IMG/VR virus record: IMGVR_UViG_3300018914_000073
Location: 1-56,923 of that record
DNA length: 56,923 nt
Strand: one strand, 5' to 3'
DNA from: a virus
Taxonomy: Duplodnaviria; Caudoviricetes
Notes under the pieces: generated by a model
What the model was told of the DNA's origin: nothing
What the model saw: the letters and a program-made list of their open reading frames with translations, nothing else
Databases searched by the model: none
Made by a program: the position numbers and the translations under genes
Part shown: positions 38,251 to 46,283 of the stretch, piece after piece
Layout of the letters: every line of letters begins with the position of its first letter
How positions within the stretch are numbered: the first letter of the stretch is position 1

Positions 38251-39444
38251 TCATGCTGCTTCCCCAAGCCCGAGTTCTTTAAGGAGCAGATCGTTGAAAT
38301 CAGAGCCATCAGCCGCCATGGAGACCAGGACCTCCCTGCCCTGCTGATGGAAGCGGCGGCCGGCCACGAGGATACGGGTCCGGGTGGTTTCCGGGTCGCT
38401 GTCGCCATCCCCCAGCAGGATGACACGCCGAACCTGCGGAGGAAGGATCACACCCGGCCTGTCATAGTCAGGAACGCCATTCGGGATCGGGAGCGGCGAA
38501 CCGTCCGGGCGCTTGCGCTTAGGATGGTGGATGGTGCCCGCGGCGCCTCCGGAGAGATTCCCGAGGCTGACAGAGGTGGCGAGACTGACATCGAAGTCCA
38601 CGAGGCCAAGCACATACCAGGACAGGACCGTCTCGATCCCCTCCCCGATCGCCAGCGTCTCACCGATCTCCCCCAGTCGGATCATTCCGCCCATCTGCTC
38701 GCCCATCACCTTCTTGGCCTTATTCCGCTTCCGGTCGCCAGGCGGCGTCAGCTTTCGAGGCTGTGCCGGGTCGAGATAGGTGCGGTGCAGGCCGATAATC
38801 GTGCCGTCCACAGCACGGATCGCGGCCAGCATGGCGGGATAGGAGCCCAGCGGCGATGTCCTGTCGGCATCCGCATTGGCATAGCCGTGATAACCGAGAT
38901 CCGGCACGAACCGGAGATCCTGCGTCAGTCGCGCCGGCGGCGTCAGGCCGCGAGCCTCAAGGTAAGCCGCGGCGTGCGTGCCAGAGATCGGCTTCGCGGA
39001 TTGCCATAGCCGCTCGACGCTCTCCTGTGTCTCCTGCCGTTCCCGCTCCTCCCGCGCCCGGGCTTCGGCCTCCTCCTTGCGGCGTTGCTCTGCTCGTGCC
39101 GCGAGGCGCGCTTCTCGCGCGCTGCGCTCCTCCTCCGTCTCAGCCTGATCACGTCCCGGCGGCGGCCGGCCCGTGAGCGTTTCGCAGGCGGCAAGGAAGC
39201 TGCAGCTGTCCAGGTGCTCGACCATAGCGATGACGTCCCCGCCGCCTGCCCCGCGGCAGTTGAAGATGTTTTTCCGGGTGTTGATGCTGAAGCGGTCGGT
39301 CCCGCCACAGGCTGGGCACGGGCCAGAGCGCTCGACGGAGCCCTTCATGCGGACGCCCCGGCGCCCGAGCTCGTCGAGGATGGAGACGCTGCGGGCTTCC
39401 TCAACCCACTCGTCAAACGCCTGGCTTGTGCCGGTGCTGGCCAT
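38251..39444 (-). CDS. Phage primase (Zn-binding plus TOPRIM)
   Basis: GPCPACGGTDRF..FNCRG, GLHRTYL, IGEGIET, LLGDGD, DFND. Confidence 0.9.
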   Translation of the reverse strand: MASTGTSQAFDEWVEEARSVSILDELGRRGVRMKGSVERSGPCPACGGTDRFSINTRKNIFNCRGAGGGDVIAMVEHLDSCSFLAACETLTGRPPPGRDQAETEEERSAREARLAARAEQRRKEEAEARAREERERQETQESVERLWQSAKPISGTHAAAYLEARGLTPPARLTQDLRFVPDLGYHGYANADADRTSPLGSYPAMLAAIRAVDGTIIGLHRTYLDPAQPRKLTPPGDRKRNKAKKVMGEQMGGMIRLGEIGETLAIGEGIETVLSWYVLGLVDFDVSLATSVSLGNLSGGAAGTIHHPKRKRPDGSPLPIPNGVPDYDRPGVILPPQVRRVILLGDGDSDPETTRTRILVAGRRFHQQGREVLVSMAADGSDFNDLLLKELGLGEAA

Positions 39445-39447
39445 GGG

Positions 39448-40026
39448 TCACTCCGCAGCCTTCCGGAGCCAATGGACAGATGGCCGCCCCTCATAACCCT
39501 TGAGCCAGACAAACCACGAGAAGTCCGCTTTGCCTCCTCCTGGCTTCTCACCGGCGACGATCACCCGACCGGGAGGCATAGAGGGGCGCGGCCCAATACG
39601 GTACTCGCGATAGAGCGGTGTCGATTCCAGCCATGCTCCAGTAGATGCCGAGTTCGCCCAGACAGTCGGCAGGAGCATCGCAACCTTTCCGCGACTGAGC
39701 TGCAGTGCGCGCTCGATGAAGGCCCGCGCGATACCGAACGGAGGATTGCTGACGATGTTCTCGCCGAGCACGATTACCTGCTCGAGGAAGTCCATGGGTG
39801 TGACACAGTGTTCCGAGCGGATGACCTTGTCAGATCCTCGTGCCTCATAGCCTGCTGCCCGAGCGGCTTCCACGATCCGGCCGAGGCCGCAAGCCGGATC
39901 CCAGATCCGCCCCTCGAACCGCTCCGTTGCAAATAGACGTTCCGAGACCCATACCGGCTCGACGTACCAGTCATCTGGATCACGAGCCCAGATATGCGCT
40001 TCGATCTTTCTTTCAGGCTGCAGCAT
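39448..40026 (-). CDS. Putative amino-group DNA methyltransferase
   Basis: IWDPACGLG (SAM binding) and IVSNPPF (catalytic) motifs. Confidence 0.75.
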   Translation of the reverse strand: MLQPERKIEAHIWARDPDDWYVEPVWVSERLFATERFEGRIWDPACGLGRIVEAARAAGYEARGSDKVIRSEHCVTPMDFLEQVIVLGENIVSNPPFGIARAFIERALQLSRGKVAMLLPTVWANSASTGAWLESTPLYREYRIGPRPSMPPGRVIVAGEKPGGGKADFSWFVWLKGYEGRPSVHWLRKAAE

Positions 40027-40027
40027 C

Positions 40028-41074
40028 TCACGCCTCCAGCCGGCGAACGCGGAACATGAACTTGTTGACCGTCACCAGGTCGATCCCGATGGAAGCCAGC
40101 TTCGAGCGCATGACGCTGAAGTGCCCCTTCATGGCATCCGTTCGCGGCCAGGGTCCGAGATCCCGGAGGGTGTCCACGTCATAGGTCCCGCCGTCTGCCA
40201 TGCGCTCCATCGAGCGGGCAAAGGGCCGCGCTACTTCCAATACCCCGAGTGGCCCGTGGATCTGAGAAGCCTCGACGTCCACGACCATGATCTTGCTCGG
40301 GTCGAAATCGGTTGCAGGCTCCCGCCGTGGCTCCTCATTGTATGTCTCGACCACCTTCGCCTTCGGGGCAGCCGGAATGCTCGGGAGCCTCAGGCGAGCC
40401 GGGCTTGCATCGTCGTCTTCTGAGTATCGAGGGACGCGGGGGAAGACGCGCAGGCTCGAAAGGCCGGCGCTCACCTCCTCGGGCACCTCATGCCTGGATG
40501 GGGCAAACGGTTCGTCCACCTGGACGATGACCGTCTCGACAATCTCCTCAGCTTCCAGATCTGCTCCAGCCTCAGCAGCCGCCGGCGCCGCAGAGCGCCG
40601 GGCGGCATCGCCCTTCACCACCCGAGGATCCTTGGCTTTCCGACCCATCGCTAGATAAGAGCCGACGCTCGAGCGGTTCATTCCCAACCGGCGAGAGATC
40701 TCGGCTGGGGTGAGCGTCGTGTCACCGTAAAGGTCCAGAACCTTCTGGCATGCTGGGGACTGAGGCTCGTAGTGCTTCAGAGGAAGCGGTGCGCTGTCTG
40801 CCTCGTTCTCCGTGACCACACTTCCCTCGGGAGTTGCCGGGACGGAGCATGACGCCTCCTCGGGCGCGCTCAACGCCTCAGAAACAGCGTTGAGGATACC
40901 TTCTAGGTCGGTCTCAGAGGGGATAGTTGCCTGTCGCGTCACCATCTGCTGCGCGAGGCGGCTTACCCTACCCTGCAGGTCCGACAGGGCGCTGTTGATG
41001 GCCAGGATCTCGGCCAGGACAGCATCGTTGTGATCGTGTGGCTCGACGGCCTTGAGAATGGATTGGGCAGTCAT
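40028..41074 (-). CDS. Hypothetical protein with HTH
   Basis: TPAEISRRLGMNRSSVGSYL; coupled operon gene. Confidence 0.6.
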   Translation of the reverse strand: MTAQSILKAVEPHDHNDAVLAEILAINSALSDLQGRVSRLAQQMVTRQATIPSETDLEGILNAVSEALSAPEEASCSVPATPEGSVVTENEADSAPLPLKHYEPQSPACQKVLDLYGDTTLTPAEISRRLGMNRSSVGSYLAMGRKAKDPRVVKGDAARRSAAPAAAEAGADLEAEEIVETVIVQVDEPFAPSRHEVPEEVSAGLSSLRVFPRVPRYSEDDDASPARLRLPSIPAAPKAKVVETYNEEPRREPATDFDPSKIMVVDVEASQIHGPLGVLEVARPFARSMERMADGGTYDVDTLRDLGPWPRTDAMKGHFSVMRSKLASIGIDLVTVNKFMFRVRRLEA

Positions 41075-41478
41075 CAGGCAGCCTCGATTTGAACGGGGGC
41101 TTTGCGGGTCCGCGGCTTGTACCGACGCTTCGGGCGGGCTTCCTTGCCGAGATCCTTGAGAATGGCTTGCATTCCCTTGTCGAGCGTGACGCGAAGCAAG
41201 CGCTCCAGGGCTGCTGCCTTGGAGACCTCCATCTCCTGAGCCAGGTGGTTCAGCTTCTCGTAGTGGCGCCGGCGAATGCCGCAGTGGACCTGGCGGTAGC
41301 CGCCTCGGCCGGCAAGTTTCACCGGCGGCTTTGCTTGGCGGGCAACCCTGATGATGCGCCGCGGATTCTCACCCAGCAATCGACCGATCTCATCGGCCGA
41401 ATGCCCTTCGCGGGCGAGGATCGTGATCTTCGCCAAGAGCTCCCTCCGGCTCATCAGTTGCTTCGGCTGGCTGTCCAT
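41074..41478 (-). CDS. Hypothetical DNA-binding protein
   Basis: HTH-like GHSADEIGRLLG; basic. Confidence 0.55.
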   Translation of the reverse strand: MDSQPKQLMSRRELLAKITILAREGHSADEIGRLLGENPRRIIRVARQAKPPVKLAGRGGYRQVHCGIRRRHYEKLNHLAQEMEVSKAAALERLLRVTLDKGMQAILKDLGKEARPKRRYKPRTRKAPVQIEAA

Positions 41479-41767
41479 TGCTGGCCCTCGTGATCGCTGC
41501 CTCTTTCAGGGCTGTGCGAAAGGTCGTGATCAGGTCTCGGGTGAACTGGGTGTCGCCCATCGCATGCAGACGCTCGAACAGCATGCGCGTGGCGTAGAAG
41601 AGGTCAGCGCGGTTCAGCTGCTCTTCCGAGGCCGCTTTGAAGAGCCGCTCTTCCCTCACGCGCTCGGAGCCTCTGAGGTCGCCGTCGCGATCGGTGTAGA
41701 AGATCGCCATGTATTGGCAGATCTCGCCGCCGCGGCACGCTGCCAGCTCGTCGGGACGAATCGTCAT
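41390..41767 (-). CDS. Hypothetical protein
   Basis: ATGA overlap with the upstream gene; its 3' end overlaps the next ORF. Confidence 0.5.
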   Translation of the reverse strand: MTIRPDELAACRGGEICQYMAIFYTDRDGDLRGSERVREERLFKAASEEQLNRADLFYATRMLFERLHAMGDTQFTRDLITTFRTALKEAAITRASNGQPAEATDEPEGALGEDHDPRPRRAFGR

Positions 41768-42324
41768 GCTGCAGGCCTCTGGTAGTGCAGCTCAGGCGCG
41801 ATCTTCGGGGTCGCGTCCGGGTTCCACTTGTGAGCGGCCCAGTGCCAGATTGCTGCAGCGTCAGCGGCGTCCAGATTCGGCGGGTTCCATCCCATGGCCT
41901 CTGCCACCCGCTTCGCCTCGCGTTTCGCGACATCACCAGGCAGATTGCCCACGCCGATGAAGTGCTTGCGGACCGTGGCGACGTGGGCGCGTGAAACCGG
42001 GATACGGCGCGCGCGCGCGAAACCACTGATGGAGGCCCAGAGACCCTTCGTCACGATGAGAGAGCTTGCGTTAGTGCCTCCCCCGCTCCCCGTGATGATG
42101 GGGGCTTCGACGACGATCCGGAGATCGCGCTCCTCGACGGCCTTCTTCTCCGCGTAGAGCCGGTCTGCAATCCAGCCGACCGCGCGACCGAACGTGTCCT
42201 CGAACTCGTCGTCGGGCTTCCGGAGGTCCACGGAGTAGAGCCGCGGGACCTCGCCGGGGCGCCCTTCGGCGACCCCGGTCCGGCCTGCGATGTCGAGAGC
42301 AATGATGATGCCGTCGAAGGCCAT
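41764..42324 (-). CDS. RuvC-like Holliday junction resolvase/nuclease
   Basis: IIALDIAGRTG, VVEAP, DAADAAAI acidic motifs. Confidence 0.7.
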   Translation of the reverse strand: MAFDGIIIALDIAGRTGVAEGRPGEVPRLYSVDLRKPDDEFEDTFGRAVGWIADRLYAEKKAVEERDLRIVVEAPIITGSGGGTNASSLIVTKGLWASISGFARARRIPVSRAHVATVRKHFIGVGNLPGDVAKREAKRVAEAMGWNPPNLDAADAAAIWHWAAHKWNPDATPKIAPELHYQRPAA

Positions 42325-42340
42325 GTTCGAACTCTGCCGC

Positions 42341-42796
42341 TCAGTGCGCCGTCACGCTGTCGAGCGCAGCATCGCGCTCAGCCTGGCGATCCTTTTCGCG
42401 CTGCTTCAGGTGGCGGGGCCGGACATCCTCCTCGTCGGCGGGCTCTGCCCCTGCCTGCTTCATCGCAGCCTGGCCAAGGGGCGTGTCCTTGTAGTCGCCG
42501 AGAGCCTCTTCGAGCTGCTCGAAGAGATCCTGATCTTCCTCCTCCAGCCCTTCGATCAGAGCCTCGGCTCGTTCCAGGAGCTTCGCACGCTTGACGTAGG
42601 TCTTGAGGGGGCGCTTCGGGATGCCGGAATCCTTGGCGCGATCGTAGATCCCGTTGATGAGCTCGCGCTGGCGCTTACACCACGCCATGTACTCGCCCTT
42701 CTTGCTCTCCATCTCGGCTTCGAGACGCCGGATGTCGCTCAGGAACTGGTTTGCGGTCTTCGGATCAAAGCCGTTCGTGCCGGAGCTTTCCGCCAT
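42341..42796 (-). CDS. GapR-like (DUF2312) DNA-binding protein
   Basis: I.RLE.E...IYDRAKDSG coiled-coil pattern, followed by TPLG. Confidence 0.55.
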   Translation of the reverse strand: MAESSGTNGFDPKTANQFLSDIRRLEAEMESKKGEYMAWCKRQRELINGIYDRAKDSGIPKRPLKTYVKRAKLLERAEALIEGLEEEDQDLFEQLEEALGDYKDTPLGQAAMKQAGAEPADEEDVRPRHLKQREKDRQAERDAALDSVTAH

Positions 42797-42799
42797 GGC

Positions 42800-43045
42800 T
42801 CAACCTTTCAGGATGTCAGTGGTGTGGGACAGGAGAAGAGGCTCGGCGGATTGGTCCGCCTTCCGCTGAAAGGTGCCGTAGGTCGCCTCGGGGCCTATGG
42901 CTGCGAGAAGCTCGTCGCGGATGCCTTCGAGCCAGCCCTCGGCTACGACCCCCGCTGCACAGATCCCATGCTGCCGACGGATCTCGGCAAGGCGCTCACG
43001 GGTCTGAGCACGGGCCGTTTCGTAGAGGGAGCCGGCGCCGGACAT
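42800..43045 (-). CDS. Hypothetical protein
   Basis: 81-aa ORF within the operon. Confidence 0.5.
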   Translation of the reverse strand: MSGAGSLYETARAQTRERLAEIRRQHGICAAGVVAEGWLEGIRDELLAAIGPEATYGTFQRKADQSAEPLLLSHTTDILKG

Positions 43046-43047
43046 GA

Positions 43048-43542
43048 TCAGGCCCGCTTCCGATCCATCGGAACCACTGGGCTTTCGGCTCGCTCCAGAT
43101 CGGCATCGAGATCGGCGAGAGCCTCCTGGCTTTCCCTCACCTGCTCACGAATGGTCTTGATCTCGGCCGGGCTGACGGAGCCGTCTGCCTTCGCGGCGAC
43201 GATCTCCCCGACCACGTCCGACATCTCGCGCGCGATCGCCGCCAGGTGCTGATCGAAATCGACGCTGCGGGTAGCAGCCTTCTTCGGCACGAGCACGAAA
43301 CCAGCCAGATCGGCGAGAACGCGCGATACGATCGGCTCGCCGACATGGGCTTCCAGATCCCTGATCACGTCGACCGGGGCGAACATCGGCTCGTTCGGGT
43401 TGCCGTATCGGGACAGGCGCGCCGGGTCAGTGCGGGTGATTTCCTGGGCCGCATAGGTCGGTCCTCCAGCCGCCTTCAAGAGGCTGCGGTAGGCGGCCTT
43501 GAGGATCAGATGATCGTCTCCGAGGAGGTTCCGAGTGTTCAT
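43048..43542 (-). CDS. CII-like phage regulatory protein
   Basis: LLKAAGG, LSRYGNPN..FAPVDVIRDLE, ADGSVSPAE; follows cro. Confidence 0.65.
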   Translation of the reverse strand: MNTRNLLGDDHLILKAAYRSLLKAAGGPTYAAQEITRTDPARLSRYGNPNEPMFAPVDVIRDLEAHVGEPIVSRVLADLAGFVLVPKKAATRSVDFDQHLAAIAREMSDVVGEIVAAKADGSVSPAEIKTIREQVRESQEALADLDADLERAESPVVPMDRKRA

Positions 43543-43629
43543 GCAATGGTTCCTAGGAATTTTGTTTTGTCTGTACGGCCCAGGCTCGGCACATTCTCGA
43601 CACCACAAGAGGAGCCGAGACGATGGGTG

Positions 43630-43896
43630 TCAGGAGACAGGTTCTGGATGAGGCAGAGGGTTGGGCTCCGGGCGGGCCGGACCGTCAGGCCAAGGCAGAT
43701 CACCCGGCCACCGGTCGGAGAACCACTGCCGGATCTCATCGACGCGCCGGAGCGTCGTGGTCCTGCCGGTCTCAAGATTGGCAAAGAAGGACCCGTCCCG
43801 TGTCGCTGCGCGCGCCACGGCGGTCATGCTCATGCCCGTGGCCTGGGCGTACGCCTCAGCCAGTGCTCTCAAATGGGTAATCACGTCGCGTTCCAT
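43630..43896 (-). CDS. cro: Cro-like repressor
   Basis: Short HTH protein ending W.SDRWP.DL.WP; divergent from cI. Confidence 0.75.
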   Translation of the reverse strand: MERDVITHLRALAEAYAQATGMSMTAVARAATRDGSFFANLETGRTTTLRRVDEIRQWFSDRWPGDLPWPDGPARPEPNPLPHPEPVS

Positions 43897-43907
43897 ACGA
43901 CGATTCA

Positions 43908-43946
43908 GTCGTATTAATCCGACTTTGTCAATCGTGAAATTACGAT
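43908..43946. promoter_or_regulatory. Two 16-bp operators between cro and cI, flanking a leftward TTGACA
   Basis: GTCGTATTAATCCGAC (43908-43923) and ATCGTGAAATTACGAT (43931-43946); TGTCAA at 43926-43931. Confidence 0.7.
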
Positions 43947-43995
43947 TTGCGTCAAACTGCTGTTTGTATGAGTTTTGCGACGGCGGAGAAAACCA

Positions 43996-44820
43996 ATGCC
44001 TGACAAAGACTTCGTGCGGAGAAACCTAAAAAAGCTAATCGAGGTACGAGGGGTGTCACCCTATCAGCTGTCCGTGGACATGGGTCACGCGAGGACTTTC
44101 ATCCATGATTTCCTGACCGGTCGGAAGCAAAAGTTCGGCGGGAATTCAGTCTTCGAGATCGCGCGGAGGCTGAACGCGGATGTGGCAACCTACTTCTTCG
44201 AGGATAACGAGATCCCCGACGATCCTAGGCAGATCGTTCCGTTCTCAGCCACGGCAAGCATCGGAGCGAGATCCGGCCCTCTGCAGGCGGAGGAACAAGA
44301 GCTTCTGGACGAACTGACGCGAATTAGACCATCCTCTCCTCTACCTGCGCCAGATATTGACCTCTCCGAGGCCAAGGATCTGCCTGGCAGACCTCGCTTC
44401 GGTGGACCACGCAATGTGCCGGTTCTCGGAACTGCCGTGGGCGGCGGCGACGATGATGGCGACTTCCGCTTCAATGGCGACACGATCGACTACGTGCCGC
44501 GGCCGGCAGCCATCGCCCACCGCAAGGATGTCTATGCCGTGTACCTCCAGAACACGAGCATGCATCCAAGATACAAGGACGGAGCCTGTCTTTACATAGA
44601 TCCCCACCGTAAACCCTCAGTAGATGACGAAGCTTTGATAGAGCTTCACCCAGAAGAGGACGGAGAAAACGGGCGCGGTTACATTAAGACAATCGTTCGG
44701 AGAACTCCGACGCAGCTGGTCGTTTCACAATTCAACCCGCCGAAAGAAATCACATTCGACGCAAAGCGCGTGAAGACTTTGCATCGCGTGATTCCCTATG
44801 AAGAACTGCTGGGGATCTAA
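43996..44820 (+). CDS. cI: CI-like repressor (HTH plus S24 autopeptidase)
   Basis: N-terminal HTH; VPVLGTAVGG, NTSMHPRY.DG, YIK catalytic motifs. Confidence 0.88.
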   Translation: MPDKDFVRRNLKKLIEVRGVSPYQLSVDMGHARTFIHDFLTGRKQKFGGNSVFEIARRLNADVATYFFEDNEIPDDPRQIVPFSATASIGARSGPLQAEEQELLDELTRIRPSSPLPAPDIDLSEAKDLPGRPRFGGPRNVPVLGTAVGGGDDDGDFRFNGDTIDYVPRPAAIAHRKDVYAVYLQNTSMHPRYKDGACLYIDPHRKPSVDDEALIELHPEEDGENGRGYIKTIVRRTPTQLVVSQFNPPKEITFDAKRVKTLHRVIPYEELLGI

Positions 44821-45095
44821 TCGACCCAGTCTGGGCCCATCCAAGCCTTGAGATCCTCTGGAAGGCGGCCGTGCTGGAAGATGATCACGGCATCGTCGTA
44901 TTCCCCGGTGTCCATGCTCCCGGTCCTGGAGAATGCCAGGACGCCGTCCTTGTCGAACGTCGCCGCAAGAGCCAGAGCCACAGCGCTGTCCCTGCTCCTG
45001 GCCTCGACCGGCTCATTCGCGATCAGGACCTCGTTCTCGTCGTCAGCCTGGAAGGTCTGGACGACGTAGTAGGTGAAGCGGGTGTCATCGATCAT
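44817..45095 (-). CDS. Small acidic hypothetical protein (alternative start 45107)
   Basis: YYVVQTF...GVLAFSRTG...GEYDDAVII..HG; GGAG RBS; second gene after an SOS box. Confidence 0.65.
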   Translation of the reverse strand: MIDDTRFTYYVVQTFQADDENEVLIANEPVEARSRDSAVALALAATFDKDGVLAFSRTGSMDTGEYDDAVIIFQHGRLPEDLKAWMGPDWVD

Positions 45096-45112
45096 CTCAC
45101 GCTCCATGACAG

Positions 45113-45334
45113 CTATGCCCAAATCGGTTTGATGGTGATGTTTTTGCCGTCGCCGCCCTTGGCCAGGCATGACTTGCATCGCAGCCTCGGCGCAATGTCC
45201 CGGAAGGTGCGCACACCCTGAGACCTGAGCTCCAGCAGCTTCTGCTGGTCGAATGTCCGTGGCCTGCCGCAATCCTCGCAAAATAGGCTCAACCCCTTGG
45301 CTCGACTAATATTTTGATCAATCCAGCGGTGCAT
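45113..45334 (-). CDS. Zn-ribbon hypothetical protein, probably SOS-regulated
   Basis: CEDC...RLRCKSC; SOS box just upstream. Confidence 0.65.
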   Translation of the reverse strand: MHRWIDQNISRAKGLSLFCEDCGRPRTFDQQKLLELRSQGVRTFRDIAPRLRCKSCLAKGGDGKNITIKPIWA

Positions 45335-45348
45335 CGATAACTCGGCTT

Positions 45349-45363
45349 GTTCTTTTTCTGTTC
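45349..45363 (-). promoter_or_regulatory. Alphaproteobacterial LexA (SOS) box
   Basis: Plus strand GTTC-TTTTTCT-GTTC (GAAC-N7-GAAC on minus). Confidence 0.7.
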
Positions 45364-45670
45364 TCAAACTGAACGAACCGTAAAATCGAGTCGAGTCAGA
45401 TTTTCCTATGCACAGGTTATCCACCGAGGGGTGTGGAAAAGGCGGCCTTCAAGGGCCGCCGTTTGCCTAGCTCAAACCTTTCCTGCGCGCGTAGGTATGA
45501 ATCTACGCGCGCGCGTGGGGTATATAACTAACCTATATAACTACACTCCCTTGTAGAGCCCGATGGTCCGAGAGAAGGGACGCCGCTTTAAGGCGGCGCC
45601 CCTCTGCCATGGCTCACCCAGTCCTCCAGTAGTGGTTCCGCGCGAGGCATCCAGGCGGCTGTCGATCCTT

Positions 45671-45733
45671 GTCGTATTTTTACGATAAAATCGGTTGACT
45701 GTCGCAAATCTCTCTGTATCGTAAATTTACGAC
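45671..45733 (+). promoter_or_regulatory. Rightward early promoter flanked by two CI-type operators
   Basis: GTCGTATTTTTACGAT (45671-45686) and ATCGTAAATTTACGAC (45718-45733) match the cro/cI operators; TTGACT at 45695-45700. Confidence 0.72.
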
Positions 45734-45749
45734 GATCTGGAGATCACAA

Positions 45750-46283
45750 ATGCCAACCGCGCAGCGCAAACCAGTTCTATCCCAGACCGCGAAGGAACGT
45801 CGCTCCCTCGCCACGGAAGCTCGTGCTGCTCTCGCCGAGGCTGACGGAGATGTCGTTGCAGCGACGTCTAAGCTCTTCCTCCGGGTGATTGAAGATCACA
45901 GCTTCATCAAGGAGTTTCTGTCCGAGATCGTCCGCAAAGCCTGTTACGAGGCCGTTGCCGGCCAAGTCCGCGCTGATCGGCGTCAGGTTTGGTCCACGCT
46001 CCAGCCGACAGCTGAGGCGCGCTCGGCTCAGGTCATGGCGCTTGCATCAGGTACGGTTCGGACCTTGCACGACTTCCCGCTCCCCGGCGGCAAGAAGCTT
46101 GGCGACGCCTTACGCGGGGAGGTCGTGGCGGCCGCAGACTTCTTCAGGGGCCAGGCCTCCGACATGGCTCGCAAGGCTCACTGGCTCCAGCACATCGCCC
46201 AGCATGTCCCCGACGGAAAGACCGTCCGCGACGTGCTCAGCGCCGAACGTCTCGCCGAACTCCGCGATGAGGTTTCCCAATGA
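45750..46283 (+). CDS. Hypothetical protein; candidate partner of the Tas-like protein
   Basis: GGAG RBS; helical 177 aa with LHDFPLPGGKKLGDA; stop overlaps the next ATG (ATGA). Confidence 0.8.
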   Translation: MPTAQRKPVLSQTAKERRSLATEARAALAEADGDVVAATSKLFLRVIEDHSFIKEFLSEIVRKACYEAVAGQVRADRRQVWSTLQPTAEARSAQVMALASGTVRTLHDFPLPGGKKLGDALRGEVVAAADFFRGQASDMARKAHWLQHIAQHVPDGKTVRDVLSAERLAELRDEVSQ

